64,000 nucleotides of DNA, taken from positions 832,001 through 896,000 of the forward strand of contig CBDDCK010000005.1 of NCBI GenBank assembly GCA_965225855.1. Direction: 5' to 3'. The notes under the pieces were generated by a model. That model made no database searches. It was not told where the DNA came from and worked only from the letters and a program-made list of their open reading frames with translations. A program made the translations under genes and the position numbers. Every line of letters starts with the position of its first letter. The first letter of the stretch is position 1. This DNA is from Spirochaetia bacterium (GTDB taxonomy: Bacteria > Spirochaetota > Spirochaetia > SP-2023). Below are positions 17,450 through 28,282 of this stretch, one piece after another.

Positions 17450-18835
17450 ATGGGAAATTTAGATACATTCATTGAAATTGCGTATTTGATCGGCGTTATG
17501 TTCTTCGTCGATGGTTTGAAAAAAATGAGTAACCCGAAAACAGCCCGCCAAGGAAACTTCCATGGGATTATTGGCATGGCTGTTGGTATTCTGGTAATTT
17601 TCATCGCCCCCTTAGAAGCTGCCAGCAATAACTATGGCTTAATTTTATTAGCGTTGTTAGCCGGTGGTGTTATTGGCTATATTGCTTCTGTGCGTGTGAA
17701 ACTAACGGCAATGCCAGAGCTGGTATCTTTGTTTAACGGCCTTGGCGGTGGTTGTTCCATGCTTATCGGTTTTATCGAATTATACAAAGTTCTAAACGGC
17801 CAAGAGACAACAATCCTTCAAGTCGTTACCGGTTTATTTGCCATTTTTATCGGTGCTATTACTCTTACTGGTTCACTGGTTGCTTGGGGCAAACTTTCTG
17901 GCAAATTGAGTGATAAATTGCGCTTACCTGCCTCGCAATTTATCAACTTAATTTTAATGGCTGGTGCTGTTTATGTCGGCGTAATGTTTATTCAAGATTA
18001 CCAGATCAACGGGCTGCTAATTTTCTTAGTTATATCGATGATCTACGGTTTTACTTTTGTTACCCCCATTGGTGGTGGTGATATGCCAGTGGTTATATCT
18101 TTGCTCAACTCGTTCAGTGGTATTGCCGCTGCTATATCGGGCCTATTGTACGATAATAACTTCATTGTTGTTGGAGGTATTCTGGTTGGTGCTTCCGGTA
18201 TTATTCTTACCGTTATGATGTGCCGCGCGATGAATCGTTCACTGGTAAACGTCTTGATCGGTGGTTTCGGTAGTAGCAGTGTGGCTGCAGGAGCCGAAGG
18301 TGGTGAATATCTCGAAATCAACTATTCCGATTTGGCAATTCAGTTAAAATACGCCAGTAAGGTTGCCGTGGTTCCTGGCTACGGCTTGGCTGCCGCACAG
18401 GCACAACATGCTTGTTACGAACTGGAAAAACAATTGGAATCGGACGGCGTACAATTCTTTTACGGTATTCACCCCGTTGCCGGACGTATGCCGGGCCACA
18501 TGAACGTATTGTTGGCGGAAGCCCAAGTGCCTTATGATAAGCTGCTAGATTTGGAACCCTCTAATGAACAATTCCCAACAACCGATGTGGTTTTGGTTAT
18601 TGGTGCCAACGACGTAGTAAACCCCGCAGCTAAAGATAGTCCCGGTTGTCCGATCTATGGTATGCCCATTCTCGAAGTGGACAATGCCAAGACAGTGGTA
18701 ATTTTAAAACGTGGTAGAGGTAAAGGTTATTCTGGTGTTGAAAACCCTTTGTTCTTTAAGGAAAACTCTCGAATGTTGTTTGGCGATGCTAAAGACAGCC
18801 TTTCTAAAATTAAAGCGGAAATTGCTAGTATGTAG
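17450..18835 (+). CDS. pntB: NAD(P) transhydrogenase beta subunit
   Basis: MPELV, IGGGDMPVVIS, VPGYGLA, IHPVAGRMPGHMNVLLAEA, GANDVVNP. Confidence 0.97.
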   Translation: MGNLDTFIEIAYLIGVMFFVDGLKKMSNPKTARQGNFHGIIGMAVGILVIFIAPLEAASNNYGLILLALLAGGVIGYIASVRVKLTAMPELVSLFNGLGGGCSMLIGFIELYKVLNGQETTILQVVTGLFAIFIGAITLTGSLVAWGKLSGKLSDKLRLPASQFINLILMAGAVYVGVMFIQDYQINGLLIFLVISMIYGFTFVTPIGGGDMPVVISLLNSFSGIAAAISGLLYDNNFIVVGGILVGASGIILTVMMCRAMNRSLVNVLIGGFGSSSVAAGAEGGEYLEINYSDLAIQLKYASKVAVVPGYGLAAAQAQHACYELEKQLESDGVQFFYGIHPVAGRMPGHMNVLLAEAQVPYDKLLDLEPSNEQFPTTDVVLVIGANDVVNPAAKDSPGCPIYGMPILEVDNAKTVVILKRGRGKGYSGVENPLFFKENSRMLFGDAKDSLSKIKAEIASM

Positions 18836-18849
18836 TTTCAAACAAGCTA

Positions 18850-18883
18850 TAAAAAAGGAGAGGCTAATAACTCTCCTTTTTTA
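18850..18883. terminator. Bidirectional intrinsic terminator between convergent pntB and dnaE
   Basis: TAAAAAAGGAGAG-gctaataa-CTCTCCTTTTTTA perfect inverted repeat. Confidence 0.85.
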
Positions 18884-19149
18884 GGGTTTGAGTAATTCTT
18901 AGCAATTAATGCCAAACCGCCAACAGCCCAACATTATCACCCAGCAATGGATTGTAATTTTGCCAGTTTATTTTAGGCATTGCCGTGATATAGCCAATTT
19001 TTGCGCCATTGTTGTGGCAAATTCTGTTTGGTCCATAATTATGGGCAGAGATTTTTTGTCTTCATCGCAGACTGCAATAGCACATTTGGTTTTCGTTCCA
19101 CCCATTTCTATGGTACCACAAATATATTTTTCCATTTGTTGCTTCCTCT

Positions 19150-22100
19150 TTACATGAATTCAACTTCTTTAATCGGCAATAAATTACAGTTTAGCAAATC
19201 TTGCTCTAAAGCCTTGCTAGGGCTAATACCAATATTGGGTGCAGCTTCGAGAATATATTCTGAATCTTGTTCTGTACGCACATGTAGGACAACAGGGTTT
19301 GAGCCACTGTGTTCGTAAAGTAAACTGCGGAAGTTTTCAGCAGCTTCTTCATTTTCTAACAAAGGTTGGTCTGGCTTTGGTTCCAAAAACAAATGCAATT
19401 CGGCATTGGGTTTTAGCGGAGCTTCCTCAATTGGGAATAATTCTTCAATAATTAATTGGGGTGGACGATTGCTCCTTTTTTTTACATTAGCACGCAAGCC
19501 AATAAAATTATTTTGTTGGATAAAATCAAAATAGCTGCAGCCATCTGGCAATTCTTTATTTAAAATCCTAGTGAATATAATAGCACTGATCTTGCCATAA
19601 AAATCCTCAAGTTCTAGCACAATCATCATTTTGCCCTGCTTAGTAGTAACCTCGCGCTTTTCCCGTACCATACAAATTACCGTATGTGCTCGATCACTTG
19701 GTGCATGTTCGGCTTGATCAAAACGCAGAGAACTGGAACGCTGCCATTGACGGCGATAGCGTTCTAATGGGTGCCCCGATACATATATCCTAAGCAATTC
19801 TAACTCTGCTTCTAAAATTTCGCTTGCTGGAAATTCCTCTTTTTCTTCAATATCAATTTGAATGGCCACTTCTTCACTACAATCATCAAACAAACTGGCA
19901 CCTATATTTTTATCTTTCTTACCAATAGTATGGAATAGAGATTCTAAATTGTAGAGCATGGTGGCTTGGTTATATTTTTTCTCTACATTGCGAAAAACTC
20001 CCGCTTTAATCAAAATACTCAAAGCTTTTCGGTTGACTTTTTTTAGGTCAACCCGTTCGACAAAATTCAAAAAACCTTTAAATTTCCCATGCTGTTCACG
20101 GTTTTCAATAATTTCTTCCACAACCGCACTACCCATATTTTTGATACCTTGCAAACCAAAAATAACATTACCACCCTCCACAGTAAAATAGCGCTCAGAA
20201 GTATTTATGTCAGGAGGCAGTAAATTAATGCGCATGCGGTTTAGCTCATTGATGTAATTGCGCAATGCATCTGGGTTGCCAATTTCATTCGTCAAGTTTG
20301 CTGCCATAAATTCAGCGGGAAAGTTGGCCCGTGAATAAGCTGTTTTATAGGCCAAAATGGAGTACGCTGCTGCATGAGATTTATTAAAACCATAACCAGC
20401 AAAAGGAATGAGCATTTCAAAAATCCATTCAGCTAGGCTTTGGCTATAGCCTTTTACTACAGCCCCTTCAATAAATTCCAACTTTAGGCTCTGCATTTCC
20501 TTTTCTTTCTTTTTGCCCATCGCTCGGCGCATAATGTCGGCCTTGCCCAAACTAAAGCCACCAATAATTTGAGCTACTTCCATAACCTGTTCTTGGTAAA
20601 CAATTACCCCGTAAGTTGGCTCTAGTGTTTTACACAAATCTTTATGGGGGTATTGAATTTTGCCTGGGTTCTTCTTGCCCTCAATAAACTGGTCAATAAA
20701 TTGCATTGGGCCGGGGCGATAGAGTGCATTTAAGGCAATTAAATCTTCCAGACTATTGGGTTTGGCATCGGCCAAAATTTTTTGCATACCTTCACTTTCA
20801 AATTGAAATACTGCCCGTGATTCGCCGCGGCCTAGCATAGCAAAAGTGACTTTATCGTCTTCGGCGATATTTTCAAATGAAAAATCTGGGATTCGCTTGC
20901 GTATTAAAGTCTGAATTTTGTTGAGTAGAGTTAATGTCTTGAGCCCCAAAAAATCCATTTTGACCAAACCGCAAGGCTCAATTAAATCCATGGTAAACTG
21001 GGTAGAAAATGCATCGTTTTTATCTTTGTGTAATGGCACATAGTGGCTAATGGGTTCGCGGCCAATCACAATGCCACAAGCATGGGTTGAAACATGGCGA
21101 TGCATACCTTCCAACAGAGTCGATATTTCAAATAGTTTTTTGTATTGTGGGCCTTTGTCAAAAAATTCTTGCAATCTAGGTTCTTTCTCTAGGGCTTGAG
21201 CCAAATTCTTGGCATCGTCTGGTACTAAAGAAGTAAGACTATTGGCTTCTTCAAATGGAACTTCAAAAATACGGGTTAGGTCTCTGAGAACAGCCTTGGT
21301 TTTTAGTGTACCAAAAGTGCAGATTCCAGCCACATTATCCTTACCGTATTTGCTTGTTACGTATTCAATTACTTCGTTGCGCCGCTCAAAGCAAAAATCA
21401 ATATCAAAATCTGGCATCGAAATACGTTCGGTGTTGAGGAAGCGTTCAAATAGCAAATTGTATTTCAACGGTTCTACATCGGTAATACCCAAAACATAGG
21501 CGATAATAGAGCCAGCACCCGAACCGCGCCCTGGGCCCACAGAAATACCATTGTCCTTGGCCCAGCAGATAAAATCCCAAACAATCAAAAAATAGCCAAT
21601 AAAATCCAGTTGGCAAATCGTGTTTAGCTCATACTCCACACGCTGAAAAATTGTATCGGTTAAAGATTCCCCATAGCGTTTTTTGCTACTGCGCCATACT
21701 AAGTTGCGGAAAAATTCTTCTGTCGAACTAAAGTTTGGGGGTATTTGGTAGATGGGCAGAATCGGCCCTGGCTCTGGCAGTGTTAGCTTGCATTGTTCTG
21801 CCAGTTTTACCGTATTGGCTAGGGCTTGTGGCATATCGCTAAACAACTCATACATCTCCTTTGGCGTTTTGAGATAAAACTCTGGCATGTCTAATTTCAT
21901 ACGCTTGCGATTCGTACTATTTACCGTTTCTTTGGTGGCGACACAAATTAAAACGCTATGGGCTTCTGCATGTTCTTTGCGCAGGTAATGAACATCATTT
22001 GTGGCAATAATTTCAATACCAGTGTTTTGTGAAATTTTTTGTACGGCTTTTATAACTGTTTCTTGTTCAGGGATGCCATGGCGCATCACTTCAAGCCAAT

Positions 22101-22668
22101 AATTGCCTGTTCCAAATAAATTGTGATAAAATATAGCCCGATTTTGCGCTTCTTCAAACTGGTTGGCCAAAATTAGCTGGGCGATTTCACCACCCAAACA
22201 AGCACTGGAAGCCATCAAACCTTCTCTGTGCTTGGCCAATAACTCATCGTCCATACGCGGTTTGTAGTGGAAACCTTCGGTATTGGATAGCGAAACCAGT
22301 TGCAGTAAATTGCGATAGCCAATTTCATTCTTGCAGTATAGCACCATATGGTAGTGGTAGCGTTTTTGTGCAAGTATCCGTGGATCTGGTGTTTTATTTT
22401 GGCGGTGGCTGTGGGCAATATAGGCTTCACAGCCAATAATAGGGTTTAGGCCCTTGGCCTGGCAACTTTTGTAAAAATGTATGGCACCAAATAGATTGCC
22501 GTGGTCGGTTAAAGCAATATGCTTCATACCCAATTCGCAAACGCGCTCACCATACCAAGCTATTTTTACCGCACCATCGAGCAGAGAAAAATCCGAATGG
22601 TTGTGTAAATGCACAAAAGGATATTTTTCGGCCTCACGCTGCAATTTTGTTTGTTCTATCTCAAACAT
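19150..22668 (-). CDS. dnaE: DNA polymerase III alpha subunit
   Basis: FVHLHNHSDFSLLDG PHP domain, GPGRGSGAGS, FERFLN.ER.SMPDFDIDF, GYGFNKSHA. Confidence 0.98.
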   Translation of the reverse strand: MFEIEQTKLQREAEKYPFVHLHNHSDFSLLDGAVKIAWYGERVCELGMKHIALTDHGNLFGAIHFYKSCQAKGLNPIIGCEAYIAHSHRQNKTPDPRILAQKRYHYHMVLYCKNEIGYRNLLQLVSLSNTEGFHYKPRMDDELLAKHREGLMASSACLGGEIAQLILANQFEEAQNRAIFYHNLFGTGNYWLEVMRHGIPEQETVIKAVQKISQNTGIEIIATNDVHYLRKEHAEAHSVLICVATKETVNSTNRKRMKLDMPEFYLKTPKEMYELFSDMPQALANTVKLAEQCKLTLPEPGPILPIYQIPPNFSSTEEFFRNLVWRSSKKRYGESLTDTIFQRVEYELNTICQLDFIGYFLIVWDFICWAKDNGISVGPGRGSGAGSIIAYVLGITDVEPLKYNLLFERFLNTERISMPDFDIDFCFERRNEVIEYVTSKYGKDNVAGICTFGTLKTKAVLRDLTRIFEVPFEEANSLTSLVPDDAKNLAQALEKEPRLQEFFDKGPQYKKLFEISTLLEGMHRHVSTHACGIVIGREPISHYVPLHKDKNDAFSTQFTMDLIEPCGLVKMDFLGLKTLTLLNKIQTLIRKRIPDFSFENIAEDDKVTFAMLGRGESRAVFQFESEGMQKILADAKPNSLEDLIALNALYRPGPMQFIDQFIEGKKNPGKIQYPHKDLCKTLEPTYGVIVYQEQVMEVAQIIGGFSLGKADIMRRAMGKKKEKEMQSLKLEFIEGAVVKGYSQSLAEWIFEMLIPFAGYGFNKSHAAAYSILAYKTAYSRANFPAEFMAANLTNEIGNPDALRNYINELNRMRINLLPPDINTSERYFTVEGGNVIFGLQGIKNMGSAVVEEIIENREQHGKFKGFLNFVERVDLKKVNRKALSILIKAGVFRNVEKKYNQATMLYNLESLFHTIGKKDKNIGASLFDDCSEEVAIQIDIEEKEEFPASEILEAELELLRIYVSGHPLERYRRQWQRSSSLRFDQAEHAPSDRAHTVICMVREKREVTTKQGKMMIVLELEDFYGKISAIIFTRILNKELPDGCSYFDFIQQNNFIGLRANVKKRSNRPPQLIIEELFPIEEAPLKPNAELHLFLEPKPDQPLLENEEAAENFRSLLYEHSGSNPVVLHVRTEQDSEYILEAAPNIGISPSKALEQDLLNCNLLPIKEVEFM

Positions 22669-22863
22669 AAACCCTCCTTTTAAGCTAAGGTTTGGGGAGT
22701 TTAGCCAATCAGCAAAAATTTGTCTAAGAATTTGGCTACATGTTCTAAAAAAGCAAACCTGCTTTTGCGCTATTCCAATGTTTGCTATCTCATAAAGTTT
22801 ATCCTAAGGCAAACATAGCCTAGCTATTCCATCTTATGAAATATTTTCTTACAATTCGCCGAT

Positions 22864-24327
22864 ATGAACCAAAAGATGAAAAACAAAAACAAGACAATCT
22901 TGCAAATCCGCCATGAATTTGCCCCTTCACAAGGCAAAAGTTACACCCAAATACCATTTGAAGTTTTGCCTAATACAGAATATATCTGCCTTCGTGGGCA
23001 CTACAAAAATCAAAACAAGCAAGAACATAATGGTGCGGTAGCCATAGGCTTAGCCGATGCAGCGCAACAAATCCGCGGTTGGAGCGTAAACCTAAACTGC
23101 ACCAAACAAATTTTAATTGGTGAAGAACAAGCCAGTTATGGCTATCTTGCCGGCCCCCTACAAGCGGGAACTTGGAATATTTTGCTCGGTAATAGCCGCT
23201 TCCACACCAGCCATATTGTGGTAGAAATTGAGTTAGAAATACAGCCGTGCCAACCCCGCATTATTCGCGGAGATATACATGGGCACTCGATATACAGCGA
23301 TGGTACGCACAGCGTTGAAACCAAACTACAGATGGCAAAAGAAAATAACTTGGATTTTCTGGCTTTTTCCGACCATAATTCTATAGGCCAAAATTTTTGC
23401 CTACCGACTAACCCTGATGTATTACTACTGGACTCCTGTGAAATAACCACTTACAATGGGCACGCAAATATCTTTGGTTATACAGAAAAACGCATCCCCA
23501 ATTTTATGTGCAGTAGCTCTGCTCAAATGCGCCAAGTTTTCACAGAGCTAAAACAACAAGGCAGTTATATTCAGTGCAATCATCCTATCCGAATTGGCGA
23601 TGTAAGGGGTTGCCAATGGGATTGGGATTACGATATGCCATTTGATTGGATCGAAATTTGGAATGGAGAATGGGGACTCAATTGCCGTGAAACGGTAAAA
23701 ATTTGGCAAAACTTTTTAGAACAAGGCCGCTTCTTAGCGGCGGTGGCCAATAGCGATTTTCACGATATCAATGCTAAACAGCAGGGCTACCCTTGTAATA
23801 ATGTTTGGGTAAGCAAAAAGACCAAACAAGAAATTTACCGTGCAATCGCCAAAGGCAATAATTACCTTACAGCTGCCCCACACCCGAAAAAAAGTTTTGC
23901 TGCCCAATGCCTTATTGTTAGCCAAACCTCAACTAACAATGAATTTAGGCCATTTGGTACAACCTTCCATAAATGTGCTTCTGTGTTGTTTGAATTGAGC
24001 GTGAACCAAGCATATTTAAAAAATTTGGCCACACAAGCTTCTCTAATTTTGCGTATTTGGAATGAATGGGGCTTGTGCTTGGAAATGGAATTACAAATAG
24101 CTGATTTCCAACAATGTAGCCAAAATGATGAAGGCGACCACAAATTCAGTCTAGAACTTAGCCATTTAGCAATCCAAGAAATGCAGCAGAAACGCCAAAA
24201 AGAACAACCATCTAACACTGGAAATAAGCTCTTGCGGTTTTTGCGTTTTGAATTATTCAGTTTGAAAGAGACTGACCCGAATACAGAAAAGGCCCTACTA
24301 TTGAGCAACCCAATTTTCTGGCAATAG
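22864..24327 (+). CDS. PHP-domain metallohydrolase (CehA/McbA-like)
   Basis: GDIHGHS.YSDG, LDFLAFSDHN, EITT..GHAN, NHP, IEIWNG, SDFH. Confidence 0.75.
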   Translation: MNQKMKNKNKTILQIRHEFAPSQGKSYTQIPFEVLPNTEYICLRGHYKNQNKQEHNGAVAIGLADAAQQIRGWSVNLNCTKQILIGEEQASYGYLAGPLQAGTWNILLGNSRFHTSHIVVEIELEIQPCQPRIIRGDIHGHSIYSDGTHSVETKLQMAKENNLDFLAFSDHNSIGQNFCLPTNPDVLLLDSCEITTYNGHANIFGYTEKRIPNFMCSSSAQMRQVFTELKQQGSYIQCNHPIRIGDVRGCQWDWDYDMPFDWIEIWNGEWGLNCRETVKIWQNFLEQGRFLAAVANSDFHDINAKQQGYPCNNVWVSKKTKQEIYRAIAKGNNYLTAAPHPKKSFAAQCLIVSQTSTNNEFRPFGTTFHKCASVLFELSVNQAYLKNLATQASLILRIWNEWGLCLEMELQIADFQQCSQNDEGDHKFSLELSHLAIQEMQQKRQKEQPSNTGNKLLRFLRFELFSLKETDPNTEKALLLSNPIFWQ

Positions 24328-24396
24328 TTTTATTACCAGATTGTGCTGACCTTTTCTAGTGTAAGAGCCAAATTTTGCCCTTACACTAGAAACTTT

Positions 24397-24711
24397 TTAT
24401 ACGTTCAACGAAAATTTTTCGATAAGCTGCTGTTTTGGAGCAAAGCCCATATGCCGGATTGTTTCCTCTCCAGCACGAAACAAAATGAGCGTGGGCACAG
24501 CCATGATATCAAACTTTCTCGCTGTCTCAGGTGCATCGCTGACATTTGCTTTTGCAATTTTTATTTTCCCCTGATATTCTTGATTTAGTTGTTCGAGTAT
24601 CGGGGCTATCATAGTACAAGGCGGGCATCCTTCACCCCAAAAATCAACTAATACGGGAATTTCAGATTTTTTAATTTCAAAGTCAAAATTGGTATCATTA
24701 ATAGCGATCAC
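24397..24711 (-). CDS. trxA: Thioredoxin
   Basis: PVLVDFW, C-P-P-C, IAPILEQL, cis-Pro VPTL; 104 aa. Confidence 0.88.
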   Translation of the reverse strand: MIAINDTNFDFEIKKSEIPVLVDFWGEGCPPCTMIAPILEQLNQEYQGKIKIAKANVSDAPETARKFDIMAVPTLILFRAGEETIRHMGFAPKQQLIEKFSLNV

Positions 24712-24749
24712 GCATATCTCCTTTGGCCTATGGCCTATAAATAAAAATT

Positions 24750-25520
24750 TTACCGATTATATTTTTTTATATTTTTTTGACTTTTAGCAAAATTAGAAAG
24801 ACGAAAATCCTCAATAATGGCAAAAAGTTTTGCCGATGCCGTTTGAATATCTTCTGGAGGCTCTTGCCTATCATTGTCTATACTTCTTTCTAATGTATAA
24901 TATAAAGTATTCAACCAAACACCAGCAAGGTGGATCGCATCTTGGGCTACGCGGACTCGTTCGGACTTGGTACCTCTATCGAGACAGACCATGTCATTAT
25001 AAAATTCAACCCCCTTGGGGGGGCGACTTTCTGTAATGCTATACACATCAGAAAGAGAACGTTCTAAACGGTCTACTTCCAATCCGATATCCGGGCTGAT
25101 ACCACCCATGTAATAGGCAGTGCCGTCCCAATAATCTCGAATAAATTGATGTATCGCACCATAAAGCTGAGAAACTTCTTTAATACTGTTATCATGAAGA
25201 GAGGCTAAAAGTGGGTATTTGGCCATTCCAGCTTGAATTTCTTTGAGAACCGATTCGGCAAAACCACCTTCATTACGCTCTTTATACGCTGCCTTTCGTT
25301 CTTTTATTGTTTCAGCTTCAGCTAAAAAACGCTCCATAAATTCCTGTTCGCCTTTTAAGAAGAATATAATATCGGCTTTCTTTTTTAGAGAATCTAAATA
25401 GCGGTCTTCAAAAGCTCTCTTGAGATAGGCTGCTTTTGGCAAATGCTCCATAATCTCATCATAGCTGCTGCGAATTCGGTCTAAGATTCTATCAATTTCT
25501 ACAAAGTAGTTATTAGCCAT
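24750..25520 (-). CDS. Hypothetical alpha-helical protein
   Basis: 256-aa ORF with GGAG RBS; no recognised motif. Confidence 0.7.
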   Translation of the reverse strand: MANNYFVEIDRILDRIRSSYDEIMEHLPKAAYLKRAFEDRYLDSLKKKADIIFFLKGEQEFMERFLAEAETIKERKAAYKERNEGGFAESVLKEIQAGMAKYPLLASLHDNSIKEVSQLYGAIHQFIRDYWDGTAYYMGGISPDIGLEVDRLERSLSDVYSITESRPPKGVEFYNDMVCLDRGTKSERVRVAQDAIHLAGVWLNTLYYTLERSIDNDRQEPPEDIQTASAKLFAIIEDFRLSNFAKSQKNIKKYNR

Positions 25521-25670
25521 AAAAGAAGCGCCTCCAGTTCAAGATATTGCTCAATTCTAAAAGTTTGTGAAAATTCAAAGTTCAAATTTTCTGATGATTA
25601 TACAAATTCAAGCAAGATTATACAATAACATACTCGCAGAAATTTAGGCTAAGCCTACAATTACCCAAAA

Positions 25671-26477
25671 TCAAGTGATGGCGCGTTGTTTGCGGATTTG
25701 CTCCCAAGCTTCTTGAATTTCACGGAAACGCTTTTCTGCACTGGCGCGCATTTCTGGCGGCAAACCCTGTTGTATTAGTGTATCGGGATGGGTCTCTTTA
25801 ACTAATTTGCGGTAGGCATTGCGAATTTCTTCGTTGCTAGCTTGAACAGAAACCCCTAAAATATCATAAGCCGTATCCATGGTAAAACTTTGTCCTTCAT
25901 AAAATTGGCTATAAACTTGACGGATGACGGTTTCATCAAAGTAAAAAGCTGCAGCGATTTCCCGCAATATCTGGTCTTCTGTGCGACTAATTTGCCCATC
26001 AATGGCTGCCATGCTTACCAGTGTATAAAAAAGTTGCTGCAATATGACCATACGATTTTGACCACGATAACTGAGCGGCATTTTATTAATAATCTGATAC
26101 AACTGGGAAGCAAATTCCTGATGGGTATAAGAACTGTTTTTAGCTTCATTAAAAGTGGAAATAGCAAATTGGCGTTGCTTTCCCTGTAGGCCCATTTGTT
26201 CGAGAATATCCAAAAAATGATGGCCTTCTTCCTCGCTAATTCGGCCATCTGCTTTGGCTACTTTGGCCAGCAAGGAAAATATTGCTGAAAAAAAGATTAC
26301 TTGATATGAATCGGTATTATAGGGGATTTCAATACTTTGGCTCTCACCTAAATTTGGGTGAGAACTTTCGTTGGCTTTATCCAACATGTGACCAATAGCC
26401 AACCCAATCATTGAGCCTATCGGGCCACCAAATAAAAAGCCAAGCCCACCTCCGAGTATGCGATTAAACCAACTCAT
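25671..26477 (-). CDS. djlA: DjlA-like co-chaperone (TM helix, TerB-like domain, C-terminal J domain)
   Basis: GGGLGFLFGGPIG, AKADGRISEEE, AYDILGV...AYRKLVKETHPD. Confidence 0.88.
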   Translation of the reverse strand: MSWFNRILGGGLGFLFGGPIGSMIGLAIGHMLDKANESSHPNLGESQSIEIPYNTDSYQVIFFSAIFSLLAKVAKADGRISEEEGHHFLDILEQMGLQGKQRQFAISTFNEAKNSSYTHQEFASQLYQIINKMPLSYRGQNRMVILQQLFYTLVSMAAIDGQISRTEDQILREIAAAFYFDETVIRQVYSQFYEGQSFTMDTAYDILGVSVQASNEEIRNAYRKLVKETHPDTLIQQGLPPEMRASAEKRFREIQEAWEQIRKQRAIT

Positions 26478-26523
26478 GAAATTTCCTTCTACATTAGAAA
26501 TAAAATATAAAAATTGCGCTTTA

Positions 26524-27882
26524 CTACTTACTAAATTCCTGGCAAGCCCGATGGACTGTTGCCAAAATACGGGGAATATCTTTCTCTGGGATAGCAGAAA
26601 AGGCAAGACGCAAATATTTATTTTGCAAAGTAATTACCCCTATATCATATTTTTCCAGTATGTATTTGCGCAATGCATCTGCACTAAATGACTCTTGCTG
26701 TTTTATTTGTATTTCAAAAGTCATAAAATAGCCTGAGTTAAAAGGCAAAGCCTGAAGATATTGACTCCAATCTTTCGGGGAGGCAGCTAGGCATTGGCGT
26801 ACAGCACGATATCTTTGGGCTAAAATATTTTGCAAACTTTGGCGTTCAACTTGGGTTTCTTTCATTTGATAGGTGGCGAGCAACAATTCTTGGCTCAAGC
26901 GGCTGCTATTGGAAGTACTAAGTCGAACAGCAGCCCCAGCTTTTTGCTCCAGCACTTTACAAGCTTCGGCATTTTGATAGCCAAAACTAATAAAGCCCAC
27001 ACGCAAGCCCCAAGCAAAATCCTCTTTAGTGGCTCCATCGAGTTTCATAGCCAAAATATTGGGATGTAAGCCAGCAATAAAAGCAAACAGGGATTGTCGT
27101 TCGGTTTCTTCTTCATAGCAAAGCCCCCAGTAGGCATCATCACAAATAATTACAAGCTGCTTGCCATTTTGGGCTACTTGGAAAAATATCTCTTGCAATT
27201 TACTCATCTCATTTTTACTGGGACTATAACCAGTAGGGTTGTGCGGAAAATTAAACAATAAAACTTTTTTAATCCCAGGGGCGTCAATCTGTTCTTGGAG
27301 AGCTTGTAAATCTAAGCCATCACCATCAAACATGTTGTAATGTTTTAATCTAGCTCCACAATTGGCTTGGGCAATCAAACGGTAATTTGGCCAAAATAAA
27401 TGCGGCAATAAAAGCTCTTCCCCACGGCCCAAAAACATTTGAAACGTAATCCACAAACCCTGGGTAATCCCCCCCGTAACTACAGGAAGCGAGCTGTATT
27501 CTTTTTGCAAAGTGGTATTTTTTTCTAGCAATTGCTGTTGCCATAATTGGCGCAGTGGCAGCAAACCGTAGCTAGAGGCATACGGCACACACTGACTGGC
27601 ATCTAAATTGAGCATACGAGATATATGGCTATAATGCATGGGTTTACCCGTGTCATCTAGGGCAATACCGACTGTGGCATTGTAGCGGCTAGCTGCAGCT
27701 TCTTCAGCCTGTAGTAGTAGGCCTTGCAATGGATAATAAAGGCTCTTACCACAAGAACTTAAAATATCATATACCACAGGGGCTTGATTTTGTAATGTTT
27801 GGTTGAGAGTTTCAGCTTGTAAATCTGCATCGGGGAGCTTTAAGTTGGGCAAAGAATCTTCTGTAAAATAACTTTGGGGCAT
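26524..27882 (-). CDS. PLP-dependent aminotransferase class I/II
   Basis: NFPHNPTGY, DDAY, DGATKE..WGLRVGF, LR.AFS; start re-assigned to the ATG at 27882. Confidence 0.85.
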   Translation of the reverse strand: MPQSYFTEDSLPNLKLPDADLQAETLNQTLQNQAPVVYDILSSCGKSLYYPLQGLLLQAEEAAASRYNATVGIALDDTGKPMHYSHISRMLNLDASQCVPYASSYGLLPLRQLWQQQLLEKNTTLQKEYSSLPVVTGGITQGLWITFQMFLGRGEELLLPHLFWPNYRLIAQANCGARLKHYNMFDGDGLDLQALQEQIDAPGIKKVLLFNFPHNPTGYSPSKNEMSKLQEIFFQVAQNGKQLVIICDDAYWGLCYEEETERQSLFAFIAGLHPNILAMKLDGATKEDFAWGLRVGFISFGYQNAEACKVLEQKAGAAVRLSTSNSSRLSQELLLATYQMKETQVERQSLQNILAQRYRAVRQCLAASPKDWSQYLQALPFNSGYFMTFEIQIKQQESFSADALRKYILEKYDIGVITLQNKYLRLAFSAIPEKDIPRILATVHRACQEFSK

Positions 27883-28204
27883 ATAAATTCCTAGGATATA
27901 AAATAATATTTTATTAGCAAAATAGAAATAATCAACTAATAATAGCGAATTATAGTAACGAATTATAGTAATAAAGGGAAGGTGGCATTTTTTCATCTAG
28001 TTTTTCAATCCAAAACTATAGCAGCTTTAACCACAGCAGCTTTAGTAGCTTAGTTTGTATCGGCTTTATTTTTCTGTGCTTTTCTGCAGTATTTTGGCAA
28101 ACCCAACTAAACAATCATGGTTCTCGACAGCTATTTTTACAAAGTATTTGCCTACCGTGGGAATGGCCTTATAACAACAATAGTATTTGGCAGCTTTGTA
28201 CCAA

Positions 28205-28282
28205 AAGAGGTTCTCTTAATACCTATTGAGAGGTTTTCTTAATGCCCATTAAGAGAGTCTCTTGATATCCATTAAGAGAGTT
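28205..28282. repeat. About 3.4 copies of a 23-bp palindromic tandem repeat in the divergent intergenic region
   Basis: AAGAGGTTCTCTTAATACCTATT / GAGAGGTTTTCTTAATGCCCATT / AAGAGAGTCTCTTGATATCCATT / AAGAGAGTT. Confidence 0.8.

Noticed and set aside
18909..19318. Short plus-strand ORFs after pntB
   Set aside because: They lie beyond the terminator and overlap dnaE antisense, with no motif.
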